A stretch of DNA of 63,814 bases, the filler included, from Rozella allomycis CSF55 (lineage: Eukaryota), in assembly GCA_000442015.1 (NCBI GenBank). It is 6 parts of 6 records of this genome, joined end to end, with 100 filler letters (N's around TTAATTAATTAA, not from the genome) between each part and the next. Parts side by side here need not be neighbours in the genome. Positions count along the whole stretch, not along the records: positions 1 to 19,690 come from KE560881.1; 5 more parts are not named here. One strand, 5' to 3'. Numbering within the stretch: the first letter of the stretch is position 1; each line of letters opens with the position of its first letter. The notes under the pieces are model-generated. The model was not told the DNA's origin. It searched no databases and saw only the letters and a program-made list of their open reading frames with translations. Shown here piece by piece: positions 1 through 12,798 of the stretch. The position numbers were made by a program, and so were the translations under genes.

Positions 1-358
1 AAAAAACCGACTTGAAATTGTAAAATTTATGACCCTTGTTAGAAATTTTTATTTGGGAAATTTCCTAATTCTAACTTGATCTAATTTGAAGAGACAAATG
101 TCTTTAGTGATAAAAAAGGGTACTGATAAATCCACAAATGATGTCGTGGAATCAGAGTACTACTACTGGTCTAAGGTTAGGGCTTGAGGTATGAAATGAT
201 GAGTATAACAGATACTGTAGATATGCTAGTTTACTGGTGTATATGATATCGCTTTAGTTTATATATCTGATCCCACACTTTGCTCAATTTCANTGCTCAA
301 TTTCAACCTTGGACTGAAGCCTATCTTTGTCGCAATAAATTTCAAACCGGTGAATTTT

Positions 359-2363
359 TTATTTATCCTTTTTTGCTCTAGTCCATAACTCATAATATAA
401 GCCTTGCTTTTCAAGCAATTCTTCGTGAGTACCCCTTTCAGCGATTGAGCCATCTTTCATGACAAATATACAATCTACATCTGTTATGGTCGTTAATCTA
501 TGTGCTATAATTATTGTGGTTATCTTGTTTTTAAGTTTCAACGATTCAAGAATAAAGCGTTCTGTTTGTGAATCTAAGGAACTAGTCGGTTCATCTAGAA
601 TTAGTATCTTGGAGCCTTTCAAAATCGCCCTAGCTATCGCAAGTCTTTGTTTTTCACCTCCGGAAAGCATTAAACCACGCTCTCCCACAACTGTATCATA
701 CTTTTTCGGCATCTTTTCTATCGAATCATGAAGGTGAGAAGCCTTGGAAGAATCAATAATGTTATCCATAGAAGCATCAATATCACCATACTTGATATTG
801 TATAAAATACTTTCATTGAAAAGAGTTACATCCTATACAATTCCAGGCAAAATATTACTTGAGGAACAAATCCAATAGACTTCCTTAATGACTTTAGAGT
901 TGAGAATGAGATGTCTTGACCATCAATTAAGATTTCTCCACTTTTTCTCTCATAAAAACGGAGCAATAATTTAGCTATTGTAGATTTTCCACTGCCTGAC
1001 ATTCCTACAAAGGCAACCCTTGATCCGGCTTTTATTTCAAAGTTCAAGTTATTCAAAATGGGCCTATTATTGTCATATGAAAAAGAGACATTTTTGAATT
1101 GGATGGAGCCTCCAGTGCATATTAAATCCTTGTTGCAATCCTAGAGTGATAAATTAATGTGCTAATAACCTTTATTGAAGAGTTTTCGTTTAAAAGAGTA
1201 AACATATTCTCCATGTCTACTAATGATTGTTTAAATTCTCTGTAAACGCTGCCCAGAAAGTTTAGAGGCAGAGACAGTTGAAAAACCAAACCATTTATCA
1301 AAACCAAATCTCCCACTGTCAAATGTCCTAATGATGCGATGTCCGAACATGCCATGTACATTATTCCAGTTAATGCTAAGCTAAATATCGTTTGCTGGCC
1401 AACATTTAACAGGCACAAACTGCTAGTAGTTTTTAACGAAGCTTGTTCATATTTCTCCAAATCTTTGTCGTAGCGTTTTAGCTCATATGCTTCGTTACAA
1501 AATAGCTATATTTATTCATTTTATTGTTGGTTACTTTGACATTTTCTTGGTTCACTAGCGAATCAATTACTTTTGTTGCAGCATCGTTATCTGCTTGATT
1601 CATTTGCTTTCTAAATTTTGTTCTCCATTGGGTGGTAGCAAAGGTGAAACCCGTGTACGTCGCCATCGTGCTTAGAGTAGCCAATGCGTAAGTCAAGCCG
1701 TACTTTGATGCCATTAAACCACAGACCCTATTAATAATTAAATGCTTACATACATTGAGAGCTCAACAGCTGTGGGGACGATGTGAAAAATAGCAGATGT
1801 TAGCAAAAAACTCATCCCTCTGGTACCTTTGTGTTCGGATTCACAATCATTATTACCTCTCTCCAAGTTTCGTGACAGGGCGCCAGTAGGTGTTTTTAGA
1901 TGAAACGAATGATCAAGCGAATGTAAATGGCGGAAAACATTTAATGATATATTTCGTATCGCTCGTTGTGATACTTTTGAGAATACAACATTTCTGAATT
2001 CAGAAAACAAAGATGATCCAATTCTCGCTGATCCGTCTATTGTATAATTTTTTTGTTATTACAAGCTAAAAGAAGCAATGTTGGATATGTTCCAAGTTGA
2101 ATTTTGGAATCGCTGATTGATTTTTCTTCATTCAAGTTATCTACTAGCTTTTTAAACAGTATTGGAACGTGAATGTTTAGGTACTGAAAATAAAATTAAT
2201 GAATAGTTTCTACTTTTCCTAATAATAGAAGAGAAAGGGCACCAACAACTCTGGTCTTTGTCTTGTAATCATTTTTTGGCCAAATGTGTCTTATAAAATA
2301 TTTGAAGTGTGTGCTTTGTTGAAAAGATTTTTTAAATTTGAATTGGTGAAAAAGTTTAGGCAT
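359..2363 (-). CDS. ATM1: Mitochondrial ABC half-transporter ATM1/ABCB7 (Fe-S export), multi-exon
   Basis: Spliced ORF fragments give [36 protein letters not shown], Walker [10 protein letters not shown], signature LSGGEKQR and Walker [11 protein letters not shown]; joined by 26-30 nt GT-AG introns. Start taken as MPKLF ATG. Confidence 0.93.
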
Positions 2364-2441
2364 GAATGTGAACAGCCACAATTTTTGAGTTTTCTACGTT
2401 CCGTTTTGTACCATGAATTCTTTATGATACTTCTCAAAGGC

Positions 2442-5400
2442 TTAAATAGAAGGTGTATTTATTAACGGTCTTTCTGCTTCAAAAGTGTTTAGAGATGGCT
2501 CTTGTTTCCAATTCCGACCTTTGGACTTGTTTTCTTGTTTATAAAGCGCAAAAGCGGCGATCAACAACAAAGAAAACGTGGTGATGAATGAGATTAGTAG
2601 TGATACAGTTGATTGCCAAGTTGATGCTGGGAACCCATACACTCGCACGATGAAAGATTTTCGATAATCGCAGTACGTTTGATTTAAAGAGTCTCTGTTG
2701 TATGTTGATACTTCAATTTCAAACACCAAACTAGGTGGTTGGAAAGGTGTCGGGGTTAAACCATAGCAAGGGCTGCCACTTTCGCAATGCCACCTAAATT
2801 GTTTGTTATGGATATAATTTACATTATGGAATCGTTATTTGTGAGTACACCGCCGTTTGCATGATCAGATGGAATCCATAAAGGCAACACGCCACTAACA
2901 TAAAGTTAACAGCATTGTAGTACCCGTAGTTAAAGTCTATTAATTCCTGTTCATTAAAATAATTAATTTGGCTCTTATTAAAGCCATAACCGATTATTTG
3001 AATGTTGTAACTATTGTTGTACAACGAGCGAAGATTTGAAATATTGTCCTTGATGAAAACTGACGGAGAGAAGGCTTTCTAAATACATTAATGCTTTTAC
3101 TTTCATCGTAAAAAGAACAAGGTAGATTATCAGAGAATGGGCAATTAATGTAATGAGAATCGTCAATCTCAATTTCCATTTCTCTATGCCCAGGACATCC
3201 AACATTGTAGGTGATATCAAAGCCAATGAAAGACTAATAAAATACTTTAATATTGTTACATCAAAATTTGATATCGATTGATCATTTTTACATGCCAGGG
3301 TAGAGTTTTCAATAATGAACCTAACCGTCTTCTGTAGAAAGTAGCTTCCAGGAAAATAGAGGTTATTTCCCAAAGAATTATTCTCAACGACTGAAACAAT
3401 AAACAGAACGCTTGTTAAATCATAGATTTTCTGAATTTTGATTTTTAGTGACGCATCACCTCCCATCAATGAGTACAAAAGATTCATAGATTCTGCAATT
3501 TTGCCAGTTTGTGGTGTTAATTGAATAGTGAATTTATGAATCTCAGTTTGATCAAGAAAAAGATTTGGAGCGAAATTCACATTGGAAACATAAGTGACCC
3601 TGGTCAAATCCGTAGTCAAATTCAAATCTAAAGAAAATGAAGAAAATGGACAAATATTCTAAACGAAATGAATTCATTACGCATATTACTTGAACCAGAT
3701 ACTCTTGCTCTGAGATGGCACTGTCGACGTTTAACAAACCAGTGGAGCTTTGAAGCGTAGTATTAGTATCAAAATATAGATCAAAATAATACACGAGCCC
3801 TCTAAAATCAACATAGGAATCTGCTATTGAGGTATTGGTGACTTCCTTGCTGGAGATAATTCTGGTGTATGGCAAACCGCGCTTGGTGATGTAAGATTTT
3901 CCTGTAGAATCAGTGTAAATTAATGTCATTGATGCATCTGCTAAAATATCAGTAAAAAGTATATTTGGAATAGAATGCATGATAACAAAGCCTAGTCCGT
4001 CATTAACACTATAAAGTAAGCTATTTCCACCCACAATGAGCTCATTGCTAAGTGATTGGGTATAATCCACAGAAGTTATAACTAAAGGCATAGTATTTGG
4101 TCCACTAAACGTCCTGTTGGAAAATATAGTCGTCAAAATTAGCGAATCGTTTGGTACAATTGGAATGGACTGTGGAAACGTAAAGAAATTAACCCATCGC
4201 CCAATCGTCATTGATGAAAGTCTCTGCATTAAAGGAATAAAAATTATATTTACTCTTATGGGAGTAAATTTGTAGAGGCTGTAAACACCATTAATCTTTA
4301 CAATTGCTGTTATTGCTTCACAAGAAAGAACTGATGTGGTAACATCAATCAACGTTGAATTATTACCCACATGCTCTGTGATACTAGCTCCATTTTCAGT
4401 AATCGCTTTATAGAATGTGAATGTTGTGTTCTTCATGTAATAAATGTCTGAAGTGTTTGATATCGCCGTGACAAGCGAACATCCAGATAGTAAAGATGGA
4501 TATCCCTGTGGCGGCAGCTTGAATCTTTTAATACAAACTGGTAAAACAACTTTCCATGTCTGTGTGATGCCCTTTCCCTGGAGAAATTTACCCCAAATAC
4601 GTTACATTGAAAGTACCAACAACGACACCTTTATTTGTAGCCAAGACAGCGGCAGTGTCAAGGAAAAAGCCATCATAAACTGTATTTGTATTATCATTAC
4701 ACACATTTTGAAAGTCTATTCGATCAATTCATTCCAAATTACTCTGTGGGAACGCTGAATTTGTTACATTGTAAAATATTATTGATTTCAAATGATCATA
4801 AGATACTGCTACGATAGATCCCATAGTTGGCTTCAAAAACCAAACTGGAGACACACCTTGCACCTTTTGTTTTTCCATCAAATTAACATTAAATTGATAC
4901 GGATCTATTAAAGTAGAATTATACACATTAGATCCCAATATAAACTATGGATTCACTTCTTAATATTTACCAAATAATCTCCGTTTGGTTGAAGTCTATG
5001 CAACAGCGTTACATACCCAAAATATGCAGTTTTCTTCATCAATGATACAAATTCCAAGCTACTAAAAGGGCTTAAACTTATATCATAAGCGAAAACTCCA
5101 CCTGATAGTGTTTGAAACGGGATGTACCAGTATGTCGAATATGATTTCGCTATAACTAGAGGATTCATCCAAGTATTAAGTACCAGCTGTCCATGTATCC
5201 ACCCAGTCAATCATCGTAGTATTTACTGATGAAACAACATCAAATACAATTTCCGGGTAGCCGCCAATTTGGGAAATGCTGTTGACGCATTCACCACATA
5301 ACGACTTGTCCTTAATTATTTTTTAATTGATTCTATTACGTCTCTCAATATAGATATTCTTATATAATAGTTGCTGTTTGGCAAAATGTATGAAACTGGT

Positions 5401-5536
5401 TTTGGTGGATGTGTTAAAAACGCATTCATTGGATAAGTACTTTTAACATATGATACATCCCTGTTGTTTTAACTTATTTGCTTTACCAAGTATATGCAAG
5501 AGTATAGGAGAGTAAAAGTCCAAAATGGAAAATCAT
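2442..5536 (-). CDS. CatSper auxiliary subunit gamma-like type I membrane protein, multi-exon
   Basis: Signal peptide MIFHFGLLLSYTLA, long beta-rich ectodomain, one C-terminal TM. Hand-spliced C-terminus: NCPFSDNLPCSFYDETFSPSVFIKDNISNLRSLYNNSYNIQIIGYG...EQELIDFN...SIMWHCESGSPCYGLTPTPFQPPSLVFEIEVSTYNRDSLNQTYCDYRKSFIVRVYGFP-TM, matching the recalled CATSPERG pattern WxCxxxSPCY...TYCxYxxxFxxxxxGxP. Confidence 0.75.
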
Positions 5537-5636
5537 ATAATACCCCGGAAATTAGAAATTGAGAATTGTGGCCATAACCATTGAAAACATAGAATGAGAG
5601 TCTCAGACTAATTGTCTAATTTTTATTTTAAGTTTT

Positions 5637-7565
5637 TTATGTTAGAATAGTTTGGCCTTGTTCTATTGTAGGAACATTATCTTTAGAAAAAGCAATTTGA
5701 TATTTAACATGAAATGGTTGCTATTTATCGCCAGTTTAAAGTTATACCTTGTTTGGGTTGAAAATTTGTATTCTCTGAGTAGAAAAAGAATTTGTGTTTA
5801 TACTATCGGAGCTAATAGGTTCCATTTTAAGCTGCATTGGCTAATTCATAACTAGATACAAACTTACATGTGCCACAAGTGTTTGAAAATTAACCTTTTG
5901 TAATACGGAGGTTGTATAATTCGTGAATTTAAAGGAAAAAGCTGTGATATTGCTAGTCTCCGATTCGTTTTTATCCATGCAATAAGTAACGCGCAGTCCA
6001 TGAGAATCGTACAAGATTTCTTTATAATGATGACGTATAAATATACTTACTCTCTTGAACTTGCAATGGTTGATTAAAGACGTTGGGTTGTACTTCTTTG
6101 TGAGCTACTATATAATAAATTACGAGGTTTCGCATTGCTTATTAAATCGTTTGTGAATCCTAGTCCCAACAAGTCTTCAAGATCTAATATATTCAACTAT
6201 TTCAACTCACCAGTAGATTTTTTAAAAGTATTNNNNNNNNNNNNNNNNNNNNNNNNNNNNNNNNNNNNNNNNNNNNNNNNTGACGGTGAAGGTTCGCTAT
6301 CAAAAAGATCTATCAAGGAAGCCTCTGGTTTTGTAGCTGAAGCAGATTTAGACTCTGGAATATTATGTGTACTTATGACCAAATTATATTTTCGTTACTT
6401 GTTTGCAATGTTTGTGATTCCCTTATATTTGTCGTAATTATTCAATGCCGCCTGTATGGCATCATTTGCCTGTAGCAATTTATCTATATCGGATAAGAAA
6501 CATAAATACTTGTTGTTTCTTCTTCATTTTCTTCACTTAACATTTTTTCAATTTTCGGCAACGCTATTTTACATTTGCTCAATGCCTCTTGAATTGATGG
6601 GTCGCTGGTGATGTCAAGCCCAGAAGGCCTACTTTCAATTAATGCATTCAAAACCATAGCACTATTTTGGATAGTCTCTAAATCTTTTTCGAATATTTTC
6701 CTATAGTCCTTTCTTTCTTCCATGACCTTTAACTACACAGAATAAATATTTACATAGCCTGACATCTTTTTCATAATTACATTGGCCTCTTCAAGATCTT
6801 TAGCAGTACCTCTTCTTAAAAGCTCATCAAGTTTCTACATAAAGTTCAGCTAGCTGAATTACTGCTCCCAGTATCGCTCGGTCGCCTTGTTCTATTTCAT
6901 CTTGAGTCAAGAACCCCTTCATTCGCAATAAATCCTCTTTTTACCTCTGATATTGGCATTATTGACTGAATATCATCTTGCTTTAACTCAGGGAACATGT
7001 AGCCGCGATAGCCTAGAATACGATACATTTCATTGATATTAACCAAATCGTCTTTGTATTTTGTTGAGAGGCAGAGGGTTTGTGTCCATAAATGTATCAT
7101 GTACAATATTTTTTGCAATATTTTATTCTTGGTAGTGTCCTATATTAATTATGTAACCTATGTACTGGAGTTTCTGGGAACCTTTTGCAAAGGCCGTTTA
7201 AAAACTCTTTAGATGCGATCTGAAGATGAAATGGATAGCCTAGATTTTTCACACACATTTCCAATAACTCTAGTGCAATTAGCGGTGTTTTGGGATCGAG
7301 CCTATAGTTGACGTTTCTCACAATCGCTAAAGCAGCTTCTCGAGGCCTATTTTACAATTTCCATCAAGATACCCATTTTTCCTTTGTTTGATGATGTCTA
7401 TTATTTCCAAGTTCAAGGCAAGATCCGGCTCGTGTTGATTTCTGCAAGCGTTATCTTAATCAAGTCAAAACAACGTTTGGTACCAATCATTTCATCTAAA
7501 ATTGTGGGATCGGGAGCATTTATAACGTCCTTTACTTCTCTCAGAATTGAAGTGACACTTTTCAT
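5637..7565 (-). CDS. GGA: GGA clathrin adaptor (VHS-GAT-hinge-GAE), multi-exon, internal N-gap
   Basis: VHS: ACRNQHEPDLALNLEII, PREAALAIV, CVKNLGYPFHLQIASKEFLN; GAT: KLDELLRRGTAKDLEEANVIMKKMSGY; hinge LIDLFD; C-terminal appendage ending PTIEQGQTILT*. Confidence 0.88.
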
Positions 7566-7955
7566 TTTTCGGTTTCTATGCCTTCAATTTGTCGAATGTC
7601 AATTGTCATGGCATAAAAGTCGCGCCAGTTTTTTTATCTAATTTTCATTATCTTACTATTTAGCGAAACACTTTTTGTGATCTATTTAGATTTAGTATGT
7701 CGTGAATGTAAATTTGCGCTTTTCTGAAGAATGAATACTTTTTAAACTGAGAATTGAGAACTATAGCTCGGTTTATATTATATATAAGACAATGTAATAT
7801 TGTTGTCGATCGAAATGAAAGAATGATTTATTACAAATGATGCTGGATGACCTTATCATAATTGCAACAGTCCTTTGAGCATTAGAATTTCACAGTTCAT
7901 CTTTTTATCTCGAGATCGACAAATATCAAAACCAATTACCAATTTTTCAAAATAT

Positions 7956-8732
7956 ATGAAAGTCAATTTCCCTTCCTCGGGAGACGCGTATTTAAGGCTA
8001 GAAAAACGAGAGGAAATATTCATTCTTCATCTTTGCAATAGTGACAATCGATTTAATAGGATTTCAGCCAAGGCCTGGAATGATGCGTTGGATCTAGTCG
8101 AAAAGCATTCTAGCAAGAATCCAAGAACCGCATTAATCACTATTAATGAAAATGGTAAAATATTTTCAAACGGATTGGACCTTTTCAGCTTGATTGAAAC
8201 TAATGATTCTACATTCATCGGGGAACAATACTTACCGTTACTTTACAGGTTTCTGGTCTTTCCTGTTCCAACAATTGCGGTAATTCGCGGGCATGCATTT
8301 GCCGGCGGTTGTCTTATTGCTCTTGCTCATGATTACCGTATCATGAAAAAGGAAAGGGGTTTTATGTGTATGAATGAAGTGGAGTTGCCGTCTCCATTAT
8401 CATTATTGATGTCCAGTGTAATAAGATTGAAATTTAACGGTACAAAAGAATGGAGAGGTAGTTATTTTTATTTTTCATTCTTAGAGTGTGCTTTAAGAGC
8501 TAAAAGATACAATGCAGAGGAAGGTGTACGTCACGGTATTGTGGACATTGCAACTTCCGATGATGATGTGTTGAAAGAAGCAATTAAAATGGCGAAAGAT
8601 CTTATGAATTTAGCTGAGAAAAGTGGGAAAGTATACGGACTTCTTAAACAATCGTTGTATTCTGAAGCTCGCGAAGCCCTTAACAAAGAGAAGGGGCTTG
8701 TTTTTAACATGGCGAATACCGTAAAGCTTTAG
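7956..8732 (+). CDS. Delta3,delta2-enoyl-CoA isomerase (crotonase fold), probably peroxisomal
   Basis: KIFSNGLDL, PVPTIAVIRGHAFAGGCLIALAHDYRIM, MNEVEL motifs; ends -VKL (PTS1-like); probable in-frame 27-nt intron at 8458-8484. Confidence 0.85.
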   Translation: MKVNFPSSGDAYLRLEKREEIFILHLCNSDNRFNRISAKAWNDALDLVEKHSSKNPRTALITINENGKIFSNGLDLFSLIETNDSTFIGEQYLPLLYRFLVFPVPTIAVIRGHAFAGGCLIALAHDYRIMKKERGFMCMNEVELPSPLSLLMSSVIRLKFNGTKEWRGSYFYFSFLECALRAKRYNAEEGVRHGIVDIATSDDDVLKEAIKMAKDLMNLAEKSGKVYGLLKQSLYSEAREALNKEKGLVFNMANTVKL

Positions 8733-9001
8733 TTAGTAAATTTATTTTCTTTCAATTTTGTCACATTTCGATATTTGATTTCATGTCGGGCATTGGGAAA
8801 CTCAATGGTAAACCATGTAGAATAATCAATCCTCCTAAATCCATCGAAAAAGTTTTTACAATAACATACGCCCAAATATGTAGTATTTTTCGAAGACAAA
8901 CATTATTTAGTAGCTCTTTAAAATACGCATTGATTTAGCAACAGCTAATTTTGGTCATTGATGCTAAAAATAGACCAAATAAAAGGCGTTCCCTGGGTCT
9001 G

Positions 9002-10267
9002 ATGCAGGGGAAGATGATTTTAGTTCTTGAAGATAGACTTGAAATATCAAATGAGTCTTATATAGAATCTCTTGATCACACTATAAGATATTTGCGTAAG
9101 TACGCTGATCTAGCCTTAAACATAAAGATTCTAAGTATAATTTCGACAGACATAACTGAAATCCCATTTGACTTGTTTCCTTTGCTTCCCAATCTGACCA
9201 AATTAGTTATTGAAAAAAGTGCGATACAAAGCCTTCAACTTCAAAGATGGCCACAATGGATTGCAAAGCAATTAACAAAGTTGCATATTTATGATAGTGA
9301 AATAAGCAGTCTCACGAACGAATTAGTCTCATTGTTTGAAAATTTAACTGAGCTATCACTAATTGGCAACAAAATAAGTGGTCATGTTGAAATTGAAAGT
9401 CAAACACTTTTGTTTTTGAATTTATCAGGTAACTCAATCGAAACTTTAAAATTGCAATCAAATTCGCTCAAAGCCCTCGCGGCAGAATCCAACAGGCTAA
9501 AATCTCTTGATTGCAATACAAAAGAATTGATAGCACTATCTCTAAAAGACAATCATCTGTCAAATGGATCCTTGGATTGTTTCAAAAATTGCCATTCATT
9601 GAGCTTTGTTGATTTAGAAAAGAACTTGTTCACGGACATTGACAAATTTCTTTTGTTGATGGATGATTTATCAACTCTGAATATGAGGTCGAACCCAGTT
9701 ACATTTATACCCGGAGAAGTTATATTTCAGGCAACGTTTCTAAACATTAAAGTTGATCATCGAGATTTTGCTAAAGATAAAGTTGCCATGCGAAAATTTG
9801 ATCTTGTTCCAAGTCTTAAGGAAATTTCTTATTTACAATTGAATTTGAACGTCAATCAAGTAAAATATATTCCTGAAACGGCAATCAACATGGAATGCAC
9901 TGACTGTAGTCTTTGCGCATCGAAATGTGTATTTGAAGAGTCGGTTAACAAATTATACGAGGTAGCTGATGACTGTTATTTTCCAATTCGATTTTCACTT
10001 TGTAGTCATTGTAAAAGATGGCTTACGTTGAATTCTCAGAGCAATGGCTGTGCAACCGAAAATCCAATTTTAAATTCACTGTTGTTTCAAAGAATGACCA
10101 ATAACGGTAGAATAAATTCTATCGGCAAGCTCCTATTCATGAAATCTGCGTTGAAATGGCTCCTGGGCGACAATCCAGTCATGAAAATTGAAGAATATGA
10201 AGAGTTAACTTTACAGCATTATCGACCGATCTTCGATGAATTTTTATTGCCGAATCTCGATGATTGA
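9002..10267 (+). CDS. Leucine-rich repeat protein with C-terminal BC-box-like and Cys-rich module (LRRC58/LRRC69-like layout)
   Basis: Multiple LxxLxLxxNxI repeats, then VPSLKEIS and CxxC...CxxC (CSLC, CSHC). Confidence 0.7.
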   Translation: MQGKMILVLEDRLEISNESYIESLDHTIRYLRKYADLALNIKILSIISTDITEIPFDLFPLLPNLTKLVIEKSAIQSLQLQRWPQWIAKQLTKLHIYDSEISSLTNELVSLFENLTELSLIGNKISGHVEIESQTLLFLNLSGNSIETLKLQSNSLKALAAESNRLKSLDCNTKELIALSLKDNHLSNGSLDCFKNCHSLSFVDLEKNLFTDIDKFLLLMDDLSTLNMRSNPVTFIPGEVIFQATFLNIKVDHRDFAKDKVAMRKFDLVPSLKEISYLQLNLNVNQVKYIPETAINMECTDCSLCASKCVFEESVNKLYEVADDCYFPIRFSLCSHCKRWLTLNSQSNGCATENPILNSLLFQRMTNNGRINSIGKLLFMKSALKWLLGDNPVMKIEEYEELTLQHYRPIFDEFLLPNLDD

Positions 10268-10366
10268 TAATAAATAAATTATAAATTCTACGTAATATTC
10301 CTTATCTTTTTTTTCTTATCATTTGGTATTGTTTTGGGAAAATTCACTAACTATAAAATTGCTTGT

Positions 10367-11864
10367 ATGGCTTCTGATTTAGATGATCTTCCATTATCAC
10401 AAGATCTTCTAGATTACTACAAGAAACGAGTTTGTAAAAACTATATTTTTTAATGTCAGTGGAGGCAGAAAAGGAGTATTCTTCAGCGTTGGAGCAAATG
10501 GAAGCGATTAAGGTCTCATTTTCAGAAAAGCACCATTTAGAGTGGGAAATATTTCAACGGTCTAAAGAAGTGCAGGACTTGCAGAGAGCTCTAAGTGAAT
10601 CGCAAGCCTATCTTCAAGATGAAAGAAGACAATTGCTCAAGTTAATAGCGGAAAACGACCGATTGAAAAGTAAAAATGTTTTTTGTATATGTCTAGTACA
10701 GGAGCTGAAAGATAGAAAGAAAATACGCTATTTGCTTTCTATTGCTAAGATTGACCAAGATGAAATTACTTACTTTAAAACTTTTGTGGATAAGAGGTTT
10801 GTAGAAAACAAAGAAGACGCGCAAGAAAAATTGTCTGCGAGGGCGAAATTTCTATCAGTAACTAGTCTAATGATAATGAAAAAAGGAAAAACGTTTTGCA
10901 GATATTTACGATATTGATGAATCAAAAGAAAATGATGTAGATGTGTTAAGGTTGTTAGTTAAATCATTGAAGGCTCAACTAGAAGAGCAAGTAAATTGAT
11001 GGTTTTTCAAAAAACTAAAAGGGCAAATTGAACGTGGAACAAATAAAGTGTCTAGAGGAAGACAGAATTTTAAGAGAGAAAGAATTTAAGCAACGAGAGG
11101 CAAGAGACTTTGGAAAAATTGACGAACTTCAAAAGAAGAATCAAAAGTTGGAAACTATTGTGAGAGAAAACACTCGGGGTAAGTCGATTACTTTCAAAAA
11201 ATAGAACTTTTAGAAAAGAATAAAAAGTTTCAACAATTAGAAAGAAAGATTAAAGAAGAAAAAGTGCAATTAGCTGAAAGGTTGAAATCAACAACTGAAA
11301 CTTTGAATGAGGAGAGAGCGAAAATAAATTCTACAGAAAAAGTACCAAATATTTACTTTGTTTTAAGTATAGAGGGTCGAAGAAAAGATCAAAAAACGCA
11401 CTGACACCCTGGTTAATGATTTACGAAGTATCGCCGCCAAATTTGAGAATGAAGCAAAGGATGCAAAAGTAAATTTAATTATTGCAATAAAAAAGTTAAA
11501 ATATGAACATTATAGAAATAATACTGAGAAGAAAATGGAATCGTTGGAAAGGAAAGCTCAATCTGCGTGTGCAAACTTAAATGCTTTGAAACAGAGGCGA
11601 CAAAGAGAAATAGAGGGTTTCACAAATGATATAAATTTATTAAAGAAGCAAGTCAAAATTTTAGAGGATGCATTAATTCAACAACAGAAAATGAAGACTC
11701 TTGATGACAAGGAATTATTGCTGCTAAACTTGGCTAAAGAAACTGGTATAAAGGCATCTAAAATGTCAAATGAACTTAGAAATTTGAAAGTAATTATATG
11801 AAAATTTTATTCCTAGTCCAAAATGTATAGATTAGAAAGAGATGCGCATCAATTAGCGTTTTAA
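10367..11864 (+). CDS. CCDC77: Centriolar coiled-coil protein CCDC77, multi-exon
   Basis: LPLSQDLLDYYKKR, HHLEWEIFQRSKEVQDLQRALSESQAYLQDERRQLLKLIAENDRLK, ELKDRKKIRYLL and RRQREIEGFTNDI match the CCDC77 family pattern. Confidence 0.85.
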
Positions 11865-11869
11865 TAAAA

Positions 11870-12507
11870 TCACTTAAAAAGATTCCAATCATTAATTTTG
11901 AATGATTTCAAAATTTGTTTAAAGACCTTGAGTGAATCTTCACTTTGATTTTTTGCAGAGAATTCTTCTTTATCAACGGTTCGGCTGCTACTACTTTCTT
12001 CAGCTAGAACGATCGGATTATTCATAGAAATTAAAATATCAGTCTCTATGGAAGGTATTCTTATAACAGCCAGATAGATTCGGACTACATTTGATGCTGT
12101 TTCTCGGAATTTCGATATCCTCTGTTCGCCTTCAACAAGTTTTACTTTGCAATCGACCCTCTAAACAAAAATCTGTATTATTACTCTTTCAGGAAAGGCA
12201 ATTCTGATTGAACATCAACATTATCATCACGTGAAATAAGAAAACTTTCAGCTGAACTATCTTCGGCAAGCTGTTCAAAGTGATATCAAATTAAAATAGA
12301 AAAAAAAGTTTACCTGCCAAAAGATATACTTTCTGAATCTTCTGCCATAGTGTTTAGCTCAATTATAACACTCATATCAGTTTTAACATCTGTAAACACT
12401 TCTTGGTGGTCTGGAATTTCGCGAAGAGTACTAACATCGATAAAAGCATCTGGTATAGCAAGGCTTATCGCGCCTCCGTAAAGGCTTCTTTGTTGAGCGA
12501 TAGTCAT
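11870..12507 (-). CDS. MOG1: Ran guanine nucleotide release factor Mog1
   Basis: RSLYGGAISLAIPDAFIDVSTLREIPDHQEVF; later exons give ISKFRETASNVVRIYLAVIRIPSIETDILISMNNP and end DWNLFK*. Confidence 0.9.
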
Positions 12508-12798
12508 GGTGGCTAAAACACGGAAAATCTCTTTTTTAATATTGCAAAAATGAAAATGATATCTTATATATTTTAAATCATTAATCAAGCACAAGCTGCA
12601 ATAATGTTGACATTTGGGTTCTAAAAAAGTAAAAATTCATATGAAAAAATGCATAAGATATTCGTAATGATATAATACACTGAGCATTTTTTTCTTTAAT
12701 TTATTGTTTTTAAATCACTGGCCTATATTTAGTTACTTTCGAATAGCATAGCATCTTTTTCGGTTTTACTGGGACAAGCCACTACTAAGCCGCACAAA

